NCBI RefSeq assembly: GCF_009914755.1
Contig: NC_060926.1
DNA: 64,000 nucleotides
DNA from: the human T2T-CHM13v2.0 reference genome, Homo sapiens
Direction: 5' to 3' (one strand)
Each line of letters starts with the position of its first letter. The first letter of the stretch is position 1. A program made the translations under genes and the position numbers. Under the pieces are notes generated by a model, which worked only from the letters and a program-made list of their open reading frames with translations, searched no databases and was not told the DNA's origin. This document shows positions 41,665 through 56,259 of the stretch, in pieces.

Positions 41665-41776
41665 GTATTATTACTTGGCATTCACAGCACATCAAACACC
41701 TCTTGCTAGCAAAGAGAGCTGTGTGGCTATCTTGGAAAAGTCCAGATTAGATCACTGGGTGCTGGGAAAAACAAAG
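41665..41776 (+). CDS. MYO3B: MYO3B coding exon (converter), (R)[37 protein letters not shown]
   Basis: ttttattttgcag| acceptor, AAG|gtagtt donor; phase 2 start completes the AG+G Arg codon; myosin GKTK motif. Confidence 0.96.
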
Positions 41777-42712
41777 GTAGTTCGTTCTTTATTGTTCAAA
41801 TTGTCCCGTATGATTTCTTTGTCTCTTGTCAGTGATGTCACTGGCATGAATGGCTCTGTAAGTTGTGTAGCTTAGCAAACAAGACTCCAACCTAACAATG
41901 GTCTTTGCTGGTATTAAGTCAAGAGGTTGGGGACGTTAGGGAGTAGAGGAGGAGGGTTTGCCTCCTGTTCTGTATGTAATTTGAGAGCCATTTAGCATTT
42001 TTAGAATGAGATCTTTGAGCTCATTTAAAAACGTTTCTTTTCTCAATGCTGCTTATTCCAGTACCACATGTAAATACACAAATCATATTAATGGCAGTGA
42101 TGAGTTTCTAGTAGAGTTTTGTCCATTTTTTCACTGGACTCATGTTATTTGCTGCATAGCCTGATTATTAGTCTCAGCATCTGTAGCTTTTCATTTGGGA
42201 GAACGTCACGTCCCCATAGGATCCCAGGTTTTTATGGTCCATCCTGATTGCCTTATAAAACCAGCCTCTGCCTGAGTGATGATGGCAACACTGCTCCTCC
42301 TCAGCAGAAATTAGATCACTGTGGATCATCTAGGTACCTCGCCCTCTGAACTTCCACTGTTGGCTGGGTCAGTCCTCTTGGTTAGCACCTTTATCAGAGG
42401 CTATGGGGAAAGAGAGTAGATAGAGCTCAAACTGAGAAAATGAACTCCTGACTGACATGAGACAGGCCTGGAGAGCATTTGGAATCGCTTAAACCCTGTT
42501 GACCTCATCATCTATTTACATCAATTATCAAGGATTGGCTCAATCTTAGAAGGAGAATTGTATTTACCTCCATGAAGTCAGTAATGTGAGCATAAGTCAC
42601 ATCGCTATAAACTTTATCATTGTTTTAATATTTTCATTTAGAATATGCTGTAGTAGAGTGAATTTCTGTTGAGGAACCCATATGTAATGCTAAAACTACT
42701 GTCTCGTTTCAG

Positions 42713-42875
42713 GTTTTTCTCAAATATTACCATGTTGAGCAATTAAATTTGCTGCTTCGAGAAGTCATAGGCAGAGTGGTTGTGCTGCAGGCATATACCA
42801 AGGGGTGGCTTGGAGCCAGGAGATACAAAAAGGTCAGAGAGAAGAGAGAGAAGGGAGCCATTGCCATCCAGTCAG
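42713..42875 (+). CDS. MYO3B: MYO3B coding exon (end of motor, IQ1, first half of IQ2), [54 protein letters not shown]
   Basis: tcgtttcag| acceptor, CAG|gtaaat donor; GKTK+VFLK continuity; IQ motif [13 protein letters not shown]. Confidence 0.96.
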
Positions 42876-42966
42876 GTAAATGGTCCTGTTCTCATAAATA
42901 CTGCCCTGGGTATTGGCATGTCATTAAGTACTGGGGAATACTCAACTGTTTCTCTTCTAAGTGGTT

Positions 42967-43028
42967 TCCCTCCCTCCCTCCCTTCTCCCCTCCCTCCCTC
43001 CCTTCCTTCCTTCCTTCTTTCCTTCCTT
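42967..43028. repeat. (CCCT)n/(CCTT)n polypyrimidine microsatellite
   Basis: Directly visible, about 90 nt downstream of an exon donor. Confidence 0.95.
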
Positions 43029-43137
43029 CCTTCCTTCTTTCCTTCCTTGCTTTAGCAAATGTGTATCAAATGTGTATCAAGTGCCTACTACACAGGTTCT
43101 GTGCCAGGTGCTGAAATCACAGCCATGAGCAAGACTG

Positions 43138-43659
43138 TGTAGGGGTGAAAGAAACTTTCTTTCCGTGTCCTGAAGATTTGATAATTTGAGTCTATAAAAC
43201 AAACTGAGAAAGACAGATTAACAGGAGAAAAGACATACAAATTTATTAACATGCAAGTCATAAAAAGTGTGAAACTCAAAGGCCAGATGGTTGAAGCTTA
43301 AATACCCTCTTCATAGGGGAGAGGGAAGTGGAGGATGTAGATAGTTTTAAGGGAAGATTCAAAGGTTTACGAGGGAAATGAATGGGCCTAAGGAACAGGC
43401 AATAGCCTGGGACAAAGTTCATCTGATCTCTGGGTGATATTTACTCCAGTCTTTCTTCCTGGGGTATGCATCAGTTTCTCCTGGTTGAGGAGATATCTGG
43501 GGAAGGGATTCACACAGTTGAATGTCTTCCGGAGGAGTTTGCCTTTAACAGATAGGGAGAGTTCAGAGAAAGCCCTTCCCTGCATTTGCTGCTACCCAGG
43601 TGCTCTAAGTTTGAAGTCAAAGCAGCATATTTTGGAGAATTATTATCTGAGCCCCAACA
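43138..43659 (-). mobile_element. MER34/MER4-group ERV1 solo LTR inserted in an L2 3' fragment
   Basis: TG...CA ends; 4-bp TSD ACTG at 43134-43137 and 43660-43663; reverse strand begins TGTTGGGGCTCAGA...CCAAAATATGC. Confidence 0.75.
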
Positions 43660-44851
43660 ACTGCCATGGTCCCTGACTTGCAGGTAAGCAAACAAGTCTT
43701 TACAACATGAGTGACAGGATAGATAGTGGCGGTATAAATGGACCAGTGATGTAAAGCCCCAGTCACACAGATATGTGCCGCATCTCCCAGAATGACTGAG
43801 ATAATATACACTTCAGGTCTGTGGTCAGGTGTTCAGTACCAGAGTTACTAACGCCATTTCCAGAAGGCTTTTCTAGTCCAGATGGAACTTATAAACCAAG
43901 GGAAGAGGTTGCTAATCTCTTTCAGGTGCCCTGCCTAGTCAGTGCCTCTTTGTTTACGTATATGTGTTATTAGTGTTACAACATTTAAGTTCCTGTGCAA
44001 TAGACAAATGATTATGAAAGCACCAGATCTTGAACAAAGTGGATGATTTCCCTTATGCTCTCATAACCCAGAATCCTCATGTGGCTCAGTCTATTTTGGA
44101 CTTCATGAGCTCACCCAGCAACTTCGAGAGTTGTGATGCTGAGACGGGAGGAACAAAGAGAGACATTATGCTCCTCGTGGGTGGCTTAATGCCCCAGTTT
44201 TGTATCTAAAGGGCTTACCACCTTTGCCCCAGAGAGTCCCTTCCTCTTTTCTCTCTTTTTCTTCACCTTTCTTCCCTGCCTTTTCCCTTCCCACTGCACA
44301 TCTTTCCTCTCCCTCAGCATACCTCTCGGCACAGAATTCACTCACAGCAAATGACAGTGTTGTGCTACTTATCATTTCCCTTAACTCCGCTCTTTCTCTT
44401 CTTCAACTTTCCTGTTTATATTTTTCTCCCAAATAACAGATTTTGAAAGGGTCAGGCTATTCCAGTTCCTTTCTACCATCCCTGCCAAACCCTTCCACCT
44501 GTATCATATCCCCGAGTCTTGAAGACAGGGCTTTCTCCAGGGATTAGAATGACAGGAAACCATCTCACCTGGAGTAGGGGTCCCATGTGATTCATCAGTG
44601 AAACCCAGAGTGTTCTGGAAATCACTGCCTGAACAAAAGCAACCCCTCAGAAGCATCTTTAAAGCCAAGCTGTGAGAACAGAGAGGCCTCTCTTCTCGCC
44701 ATAGATCACATACCTCTGCTTATTTTGTTCAGTGAGAAAGCAGGAGGGAGGATGAGACGGGCAATAGACTGGAGGGGAAAACAGCTTATATCAATTCTCT
44801 GGCACGTTCTTAAATTAATGTCATTCCTAGCACATGGTTTTATATTTTTAG

Positions 44852-44932
44852 CCTGGAGAGGATATGATGCTCGGAGGAAATTTAAGAAAATAAGCAACAG
44901 AAGGAATGAGTCTGCTGCTCATAATCAAGCAG
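44852..44932 (+). CDS. MYO3B: MYO3B coding exon (second half of IQ2), (A)[26 protein letters not shown]
   Basis: tatttttag| acceptor, CAG|gtaatt donor; 81 nt, phase 1-1; completes [12 protein letters not shown]. Confidence 0.93.
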
Positions 44933-46499
44933 GTAATTAAAACATCATTTTCACAGTGTCCACTTGAAAATATTCTGTGACTAACTTCTGTGAATGTAGA
45001 AAAGCTGAAAGGTTAATAATTCAGGAGCACAGGAATGAGTCAAGAGTTCTGGGAGACAGGAGTCCTAGTGTTCTGACCCTCCTTGTGTGATAACTATGAT
45101 GCTAACGGTGAGCATGAGCATTTGCTGTTTGCCACACTTGGCTAAGGATGCTCTGACTGGGTTCTCTTGTATACCTGATATTATAGAGGAGGAAACTGAG
45201 GCACTGAGAAGTGAAGGGACTTGTCCACCATCACACAGTTCATCAGTTGCAGAGCCAGCATTTGAACACAGGCCGTTTGGATAGAGTCAGCATCGCATAC
45301 TGCCACCTGAACAAAACCCTTTCCCTCTCGGAGTCATATGTTCCTCGTCTGTTAAATGAGAGCGCTGGTTAAAAAGGTCCAGAAGGTGCCTTCCCATTTT
45401 GGAATTCTCTAATTATATGCAAGACCTGTTTCTTAGCATCACAGAGGAGGAATCACTCAGGGAGTTTCCCAGCAAACTGTTTCCCAAATCCAGGCTTATA
45501 TGTGGCTATCATGGTCCTCTGGGCCCCATGGCATGAGCACATGGTGGCTTTTATGGCTCGGCTTGCTATTGGCAGCCTGAGAGGTGTAAGCTCTGGTTTC
45601 TGACTCATCCGTCCCCTCTCTGGCTCTTCAGTCACTCTGCTCTTCTGCAAATGGCAGTGTCCACTGTGGGTGCCAGGCTGGGCTCCTTCCCTCATTTGAA
45701 GCTGCATATTCCTACTCGAGGCTCTGGAAGAAACAGGCCCCTGAGCTCCAGGAGCCACAAGAAATTAGAGACAGAATGAGAGAAATAGCCAGGCTGGTAG
45801 ACTCAGCAGCAGAGAGAGAGATAGGATTTCACATACAGCTGAGCTTGAAGGAAACTCTTAAATAAAACAGCTGCAACCTCTTGAAAGAAGTCCCTCCTCG
45901 GAACCTGGCTCCAAGTAAACTTCTCAGAACTCTTAGACCACTGTAGAAGCCTGATGTCTTCATTCAAAACGAAAATAGTTGGGCGGAAAGAGTGCTATTA
46001 AAATGCAAATGTTAACTTTTAACACCATCTCCTAGGAATTCTAAGCTCTACAACTTCAAAGCCCCAGGAAGAGGGATGCAATTCTTGTTACAGCTTAAGA
46101 GAGAACTCAAAGTGCATCATTTGTTCCCTACTTGCCTGCCTCCCAACACGCACACAATCTCTCATTAAAACAGGGTACCAAACTGATTTCTGATCTTGCA
46201 GTTTGGTACAAAGGCCAACATGTGTTTTAAAATTTAAACTTGCTTGAGCTTATTTATTGTTGATCCACTGAGTTCAGTATACAGGAATCATAAATCCAAT
46301 TTTCCCTAAGTGAAAGTCATCTTTTGAGTGCTCCCTGTCTTGCACTCTGTTAATGCCAAGTGAATACTGCTGTAAAACAGAAATGGGTCTGCTTCATCAT
46401 CATGGATCAGGATAGTAATAATTGTATCTTTTCAGTGGAGCACCTATGGGGTAGCTACCATGGAAGGATAATGTTGCTCAGCGAAACTTTAAAAAGCAT

Positions 46500-46760
46500 G
46501 TTTCTTTAAGGGTGTCTCCCTTTTTTTTTTTTTTTTTTTAGCCTTGCAAGCACCCAGCAGGACTTTAGAAAACACATTAAGGTGCCTTCCTTTTTTTTAG
46601 CCTTGCAAGCACCCAGCAGGACTTTAGAAAACACATTAAGGTGCCTTCCTTTTTTTTAGCCTTGCAAGCACCCAGCAGGACTTTAGAAAACACATTTCTT
46701 TAAGGGTGCCTTCCTTTTTTTTTTTAGCCTTGCAAGCACCTCCCCTTTCTTAGCCTTGCA
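46500..46760. repeat. Minisatellite, unit of about 59 bp, about 4 copies
   Basis: AGCCTTGCAAGCACC at 46540, 46599, 46658 and 46726; partial copy at 46752. Confidence 0.95.
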
Positions 46761-49700
46761 GCCAAAGTGTTCTTGCCTATCAAGTGATGTTGGGAACTTC
46801 CATTAACTGAGTCTGCAGGGGCTTAGATGGGCATGAAGGTGGCACCAACACCACCTCTGCCCTCTTAGAAGTAGTGTGGCAGCCAGAGCAAAGGCAGACA
46901 GCATCTGCCCTTTAGCCAACACCGTGGACAGGAATTGGTGCGCTGGTTTTGTGTTGGTGGTAAAGATGCATGAATAGGGTAGCAATCTTTGCAATTTTAT
47001 GGGCAGTTTACTTTTACTTGGGAATATTTTCCTTATCTTTAGATTTGAAGGCATAATTGCGTTTATCTAAGAAGCAAAGCAACTCATTCCGACGTTTCTG
47101 TTTGGGGTTGTGATCTTCCCCAAACATAATCTCATTACAAGCCTCTCTTCGTCCCACTAGGACATTTCCGAGTAGAACCAGACCCAGATACAGCGGCTCC
47201 CCGCTTTAGGAGCCTGCAGGAAGTGGCTTAGGGATGTTGTCACAGCACAACCATTTCCGGTTGTTTTCTAAGGTTATTCTCTAATTTATTATTTTTTCAA
47301 CAAATCATTTCATTTGAAATTTAGATTCTGTGGAATGCATTTGTATTTCTAGTTCTGGCCCATAGTATTTTCTTAAGTGGTGTTGCTAAGATATGTTATA
47401 TATTTTTAAAAGAGCGGCCCTTGAAATTTAGGAAGCATTTGGCCTATATGTTGCTACAGGGCAGCGCATATTGAAATTTGTTTTCCTTTCATCTCCTTCC
47501 CAATAAAAGCAGCCGTGCGGCTTATCCCTTTAGCTTCCTCAGAACTTCCTTTCAGAATTCCCGATCTATTACGGCACATTCACATACCAGAAACAAGATG
47601 CCTTTTCATGCTGTCAACCTTTTTCATCTGAAATGTAAATTAATTCTTGCTGGTATGCCTTGACAGAGATCAAAGTCAGGGTATTAACCTTCCCAGGCTT
47701 TCTCCTCATAAGGACTGGGCGGCCACCATTAGGAACTCTGTGTCCTTGTTATCGGGCCCTCCTCCAGGCAGCCCTCGGTCTAGGAGCCACCATTTCAAAG
47801 CCTCAGAGTCCTTGGTAAATGTCCTCATCATTACTTTCAACTGGGTGAGAAATAATCTGCCTGGCTAATTATTGCTCGTTTTTAATTGTGGGCCCTTCAT
47901 TCAGATTCCAGGAGCAGGTTTCAGTGGTTCTGACAGCCAGTGGTCTTGGTGTGATCGAGGGAGGGACAGGGCTCCAGATTGGAAACCTCTCCCCCAACTC
48001 AGTGGGTCATTTCTTGCCTGTCAGTCTTTGAGGTAGGCCACATTTGCATTTTCAAAATAAACAGATGCCTTTCAAATACATGAGCTGGTGGTCTAGAGAT
48101 CTCTGCGGGCCCAAACAGTTCACCAGCCAGTAATCAAATGCTGGAAGAGAAAACAAACGGAAAAAAAATACCCTGGGTACACAAGGATACATTTCCTATG
48201 TGTATAACACTGCACAGTCAATAAAGGGCCTTTATGAGATGTAGGGGGGAGAGGGGAGAGGGGAGAGGAAGAGAAAGTAAAGGAGCCTGAGCAAAGGTAT
48301 TGTCTATCAGTTTCTTTTCTGCGGGGCTGAGGGAGGTGGGAAGCAACTCTGCATATCACCTTGGCAAGAAGTGGCATGTTTCATTGTTTTTTGTACTGGT
48401 TAATTCTGACAATGGGTTCTTGCCACAGGAAAACACATTCCTTTAAATGCCAAATAATTAAAATACATACTTTGTTAAAATCCGAAAAAAATTGTACATA
48501 TTAGTGTTCAAATAGATGGTGTATTCTAAGTAAAAACTAACAGTGACCTTGATTCCATTACTAATCTGTTATATTTTTAAATTACCTTATGTTTCAGAAA
48601 TTGGACCTAACTACATTTATTCAACCAAAAAAAGCTTACATTCCTCAGTGAAAATTATCAAAACAAACTAACTGCAGGGAACTTTATTAAAGACCTACAT
48701 GTAATATCTCATTCATTAATTTTTCTAAAGCTCTGGCTTTAAAACTGCCCCTCTAATTCAGGATATGTGTTTTAGATGAGAGCAAAGTTGTGGGCCTCCC
48801 TCTCTCAAAGGAGAAATGCCCTTTGAATAGGTGACAGTGGAGCCCTAGGGGCTGGAACCTTCTCCCAGGAGGAGTGGTCTTCCAGCACCTCACTGCTTCT
48901 CCCCACACACACGCACAGGAGTCGGAAGAGACGCTAGTTTACAGGACATTTTCATCTAATTGCTTCAGTGCTGTGGAAATTGTTATTTTCTCTTTCTCTC
49001 TGTTGTTGGATCAGCTTCCTACATACTCCCCTCCTTGGCCCTGCCAAAAACACAGATGTTATCACAAGATAACAATAGCTCTAACAGTGACGGCCATTTC
49101 TCTTCTGATGCTCTTTGGGGAGAGTGCTTTTCCCAGCATCAGCAGAGACTCTGACGAGGCTGGCAGGGTGCCTTCCTTGAGCCTGTGAACAGGCATTTTA
49201 AGCCACTGCAGCTGGGAACCACTGGGCACATCATGTGATGCGTGCAGAGCAGAGTTGCTTTAAATGCTGCTACCAGAAGAGAAAGCAAACATCGTATCCA
49301 GACAGCCTGACCCTACTTTGTAACAGAACCAAGTTTTTGGTGTATAAAACTGCCTGAACTTTTAAACTCTTTCAGTGCAAGGTTTTCTCCTAGCCTTTTC
49401 AAAAGGCTGTTTAAAAGGCTGTTTCCTTTAGCATCATCAGTGGGTTGGCAATGATTAGGTGGTTGTAATTTCCTAGAACTAAATTTCCCGCTATTTGCCT
49501 ACGTGTGCAGGACAACTATATTTAAACTGGGATATTTCTTTCATTCACTTACTTAACTACTATTTGTTAAGCACCTACTTTATGCTGGGGCTCCCACGGT
49601 AAACAATGAGATTTAATTTGGGGCTTCAAATTATCCAACTCCAATACAGAGCACTCTAAAATATGCTTTCCCTCAAAGGGATGCTGTTTGAATAAATCAA

Positions 49701-50446
49701 GTACTCTGTATTTTGCCAACGCTCTTTGGAATGGAGCTCTGTAAAATCTAAAACAATACAAAGAGTACAAATTATTATAAAACACAGCCAAGTGTATGCA
49801 TTGAAATGACCCATGCTTCTTGAAGGTAAAAATGACTGTAGTAGATATTTTTCATCCTGCTAAAGCTGTACATAAGTAGATTGTTGATCCCAAGCCAAAC
49901 AAGAGGGGGACTGTAAGTAAATGCACCATTGAAAGAAAAGGTCCATTTTGAACAAACAGAAGGAAAACAAGCATGCCCTCTGTCACTCTTTTCTGTGTCT
50001 CTATTTGTAGTTCTACCTCTATTTCACTTTTTCTTCACTCATTTCATTTCTATTTCTTAGATCCCTGGTCATTTCACACAAAAGCTAAATTCTTCAAACT
50101 CACTGTCTTTATCAGAGGAAGCACAGGTGTGAGAGAAGACAAGATCCAAACTCTTCTTGGCCGTAGGGCAGGAGGCAGCTGCTTCTCTTTTCCTGGTGTT
50201 TTCCGTATCCACATATCCACAGAATAGCAATAAAACATCTGGGGGAAATAATTTACCTGGTGCACCTGAGCTTGAGATGCACTGTGAACTGCAAACTAGC
50301 CCTCCCCATCCGCCTACCCCCCCATCTTCTAAACCTTTGTTTAACACAAGACAGGATGCCCTTCAGTCCTAGGCGAGGGGTCCTGCTCACTTCACTCTCA
50401 TGCTATCTTGGTTTCCCTAGCTCTCCCATACTTGAGAAAGTGGGGC

Positions 50447-50766
<320 letters not shown>

Positions 50767-51799
50767 TGACAGCTGCAGGCTTAACATATCTTGTAGGGGG
50801 AAATGTCTAGGGGAAAGCATTGTGGTTTACTTGAGGAAAACATACCTTGTCTGTGACAAGGCTTAGAGCAAGTGGTGTAGTACAGAGACAGGATGGCCTG
50901 TGGTTTCGAGGTTTCTGACAAGAAATGAGCTCTGCCAAATCTCTCTTTGGCACAAACGATAGAATTTTTGTCATGGCATAGCTTGGAATGCACAGGAATC
51001 TCCTTTGCTATGGAATAAAATTATTGCCCATGCTAGGATTAAATAAGCCAGAGGGCAGAATACTGTTTACCTAATGCACAGAGAGGAAGCTGCAAAGTCA
51101 TTGTGGGCTGGAGGTCCACTTGTGCCCAATATCATACCGGCATGGCACAAGTATGCTTAAGATGAAACTTTTGTGCAACAGTAGGTACCCCTAGGACTCG
51201 ATATTATAACTTCAGAGGACGCCAGGGTTAGAGCCTACAATCTGGAATCAGTTTTCTCCATTATGAACCTTGTTTAGCATTCCAGAGTCTAGCTGCAAAG
51301 AAGTGGTGCCTGAAAAGGTATCTTTGCCACCTCAACACAGAATGAAACAACATTATTATGATCGATTACACACTTGAGTTGCCTTTACTCTATGTCTTTA
51401 AAACAATTTCATGTAGAATCATAAAATATGTTATCACATTTTATAACTTTTATTAGTTGTTTAGACTGTAACTACACAATAGTAAAGAAACGTTTAGGGG
51501 AAAGCTAACTGGGCTGTGGCAAGAATGATCATGCTATTTTTCTTCAAAAGACTCTTGGAAATAGAAAGGCAGGCTTTGTTTTACCTCTTAACAGAGGAAC
51601 CAGGAGCACAGAGAGTTAAATAAGTTGTGTCTCCCTTATGTGTTCTGCAAGTTTAAACACTGGTTTCAGAGCCCTCTTCAGAGACTTCACTCAGTGCTCT
51701 TTTCAGTAGACCATGCCCTGCCATTGGTTTCCATCTTGAATATGACACATTGGAAATAAGGTACCAGTCAAAGCTTTGGAAAGAGTTGAAATACTGTCC

Positions 51800-52030
51800 T
51801 AGGCATGTGGAGTTTAGAGTCAAACAATGAATGTTAAATGATGGCTATGCTGCCATTTGCCATGTAGTTTGGGGAAAAGTACTTAACTTCTGAGCCTTAG
51901 TTTCCTCAGCTGTAAAATGGGACTCATTAAGGCCTAATCCTCAGGACTGCTATGAAAATGATAGCAGGTAATATATGCAAAGCATCCTGCACAGTACCTG
52001 GCTCATGGTACGTATTCACTAAATGAAATG
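51800..52030 (+). mobile_element. MIR
   Basis: acttaacttctgagccttagtttcctcagctgtaaaatggg...cacagtacctggc. Confidence 0.7.
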
Positions 52031-52105
52031 TTACTTCCCTCTCTGTACTCCCTTCCTAAATGTCAACTTCACTGGGGGGGAATAAGTCTGTGAAATACTC
52101 TTCTA

Positions 52106-52466
<361 letters not shown>

Positions 52467-53374
52467 TCATTTCTGGAGAAAAATAGTACCTGTCAAATCT
52501 CAAATTAGATTACAGTAAAATCTTCGTAAAAAGAATTTTCCAAGTCTTAACTTACGTCTTGTTTATTTGACAGGGAAAAAATAGAATACAACAATAACAT
52601 GTAAGAGATTTCAAGTGGTTTTGTTTTTGTTTTTTGTGAAGAGCTGTGCTCCATTCATGCTGAAACCTTGATTCATTTGTGTATATAAAATTTTCAGGAA
52701 GCTCAAAATTGTTAAGACTTAGGTGTGCTCCTGACATCATTTGTCCCCCTCACTAGTTTGAGGCCCTTTTGCAACTTGTTCTGAAAGATAGCAAGTTCCA
52801 TTGTCACCCTGCTTCTGTAAAGCCAGAAATTCTAAAATCTAGGAGCTAAATATCACCCAGATTTGTTGCCTTCTGGTGTGGAAAGCAAGTTGCCTTTCAG
52901 ATGTCTGAAGAGTTGGAAGATCTTGGTGTACCTATCATGTTTAACCCACAGTGACGGGTGATGGGCAGCCTAACAGCTGAACGACAGCCGTTTGGCCGGG
53001 AGTTCAAACCTCAACACGATGAGCCATAGCAGGATCACGGTTTGATTTGCTGTGGCCATGAAGTCTGAATCACCAAATACAGAAGCAGAGGCAAGGGTGA
53101 CAGCTGGTAGCCATTCTCGTCAATAAAGTTGTGACAGTTGAGATGTACAAGTAACTAGAGCCTGCTAATTTCATAGACTTTGAGCCAAGTGCTTAGTGTC
53201 AAAACCAGCTATGGTCAGTGATGCAAATGGTTGTGAAAAGTCCCTCATCAGCAGCAAGACTCTCCCCATCAGACTCTTTCCTCTGATGGATTAGAAGCAA
53301 ATTGGATCCTGCTTTCTAGGAATAGATCCAGTTTGAAGAAAAGGAGGCCTTATTTTTTAAAATTCTAGTAAATT

Positions 53375-54425
<1,051 letters not shown>

Positions 54426-55859
54426 TTAGAGCATTTTCCTTTTGAGTAAAATGTATAGTAAAGTAAATAACTTTGCTTCACAGGAAACCAGAACTGTAGG
54501 AGCAGGAATGATCCTAGAGGTGGAAGTTGTTTTCTTTTTGATTAGCTGACAGGTATAGTTATTTTATACTTTTGCATAGCAATTTATAGTCTATTCAAAG
54601 CACTTTCACACACCTTACTTCCTGTAATTATCATTATAGTAACCCTGAGAAGTAGGCTAGGAATCTTGCTTCATTTTACAGATAGAAGCTAGGAAATCTC
54701 ATATAATCCAGACTTCCTAATCCTTATTTGCTGTCGTTCCTTCTAAACATTTTCTCAACATCCTGTCTGTGCAGAACAGTCTGCTAGATTCTTTTGGGGT
54801 ACCCACAAAATATTTTTTCCCATCAAGACGGAGCAGTCTTACATGGAATCAAACTGACCACTCTGGCCCAGGCTTGAAAGGAATACAAAACTGGGCCACT
54901 TAACACAGCCACAAGAAGCAGTCTATGAAGCTACCAGAAGCAGGCAGGACATAAATTTTAAGAAAGAAATCCTGAAGCTGGTGGGAGTCAGAAAATAATG
55001 GATTGACGGTCCCTAGATGATCAGAAGGAAGGGGAATTCCCCAGACAATGCTGTTTCAGGACAAGCAAGAAACTGATTTCTAGGATAATGGAAAACTTCC
55101 CTCCTTGGCTTCCAGGTTGGGGAAAACACTTACCAGGGAAGATTTTCTTTGAACTCAAAGTTTAACTGGGATAATGACTGGAATTAAGTACTGGATAATC
55201 AAAGTGGAAAATGCTTTCAGAGGCCTGAAATTACTAGACTTGTTTTGTGTGGTAGAGATAGAGGCCAGGATTTCTTATAGGGCTGTAGAAAAAAAAAAAT
55301 GTGTCAATGAGATTCTATTCCTTAAGAATCCAACTTTCTTGGTGCTGCTTTTGGTGGCATTTGCCTGTCAGACCTCCCACAAGTTGGCCTCTTTATCCTT
55401 TATATTCTGATAAGATGGCTGATGACCAGCTGTCAGTCCAAGCCAGAAACCACACTGGCTCCTTGTAAAATCTGCCAGCAGCAGTTAGGAGGGGAAGCCT
55501 GGGCTTTTGTGCCTCATCCGTATGCGCCTTCTCTGCCAGATACAGTGGGTGCCCTTTGCCAGGCCCATTATGAGGGCAGGAACGTTTACCCAGCCTAGAT
55601 CACCAACCAGGAAACCTACCAGGACAGTGTCTCTGCTGAAACAATGCCTGATCTGTCCTTTGGGTGGGTCACTAAATGCCAGGCCAGGCCAGAGCCTCTT
55701 TCTGCAGCAGCTAATCTATGGGACCATTAGAGGCCCAAGCACATGAAAGAATGTAACAAAGGTCTGATTTTTTTACTTTCATTTATAAAGGGGGAAAAAA
55801 AAGGAGAATAGGGATTATTATTTTGAAATGTTTAAATAAATGACCTGCATCATGTAATA

Positions 55860-56085
55860 TTTAGGAGTTCAGACTTTAGGAAAAAATTTTGTGCTTGGGT
55901 TCAAATCCTGGCTCTGCCAGTCTACAGCTGTGTGACTTTGGGCAAGTCATTTAACCTCCCCTTGTCTCAATTTCCTCAGCTGTAAAATGGGAATAAAGTA
56001 GTCGCTCTCTTTTAGGGTTACTATGAGCATTAAATGAGTTAATGTTTGCAAAGGGCTGAGAACAATGCATGGAACATAATAATCC
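55860..56085 (+). mobile_element. MIR
   Basis: gggttcaaatcctggctctgcca...gtgactttgggcaagtcatttaacctc...tgtaaaatgggaataa. Confidence 0.8.
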
Positions 56086-56259
56086 ATATGTATGATAATG
56101 TTTGTTAAATAAAAATAATGGAGCTTTTCTTCCCACCCAATTTTTCCCCGCACACCCCAGCCAAATCAAGCTGAAAGTACCTACCGTTCAGCTTGATCTT
56201 GTCCTTCTCTTTCTTCTAATTTCAGTACTTAACATCTGTCATGCCACTCCCCAACCCCA

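Noticed and set aside
42876-43114. Extension of the exon ORF with PSFL repeats
   Set aside because: Read-through past a strong donor into a (CCTT)n microsatellite.
46500-46760. Regularly spaced repeats resembling a CRISPR array
   Set aside because: The units are whole tandem copies with no unique spacers, the context is a primate intron, and there are no cas genes.
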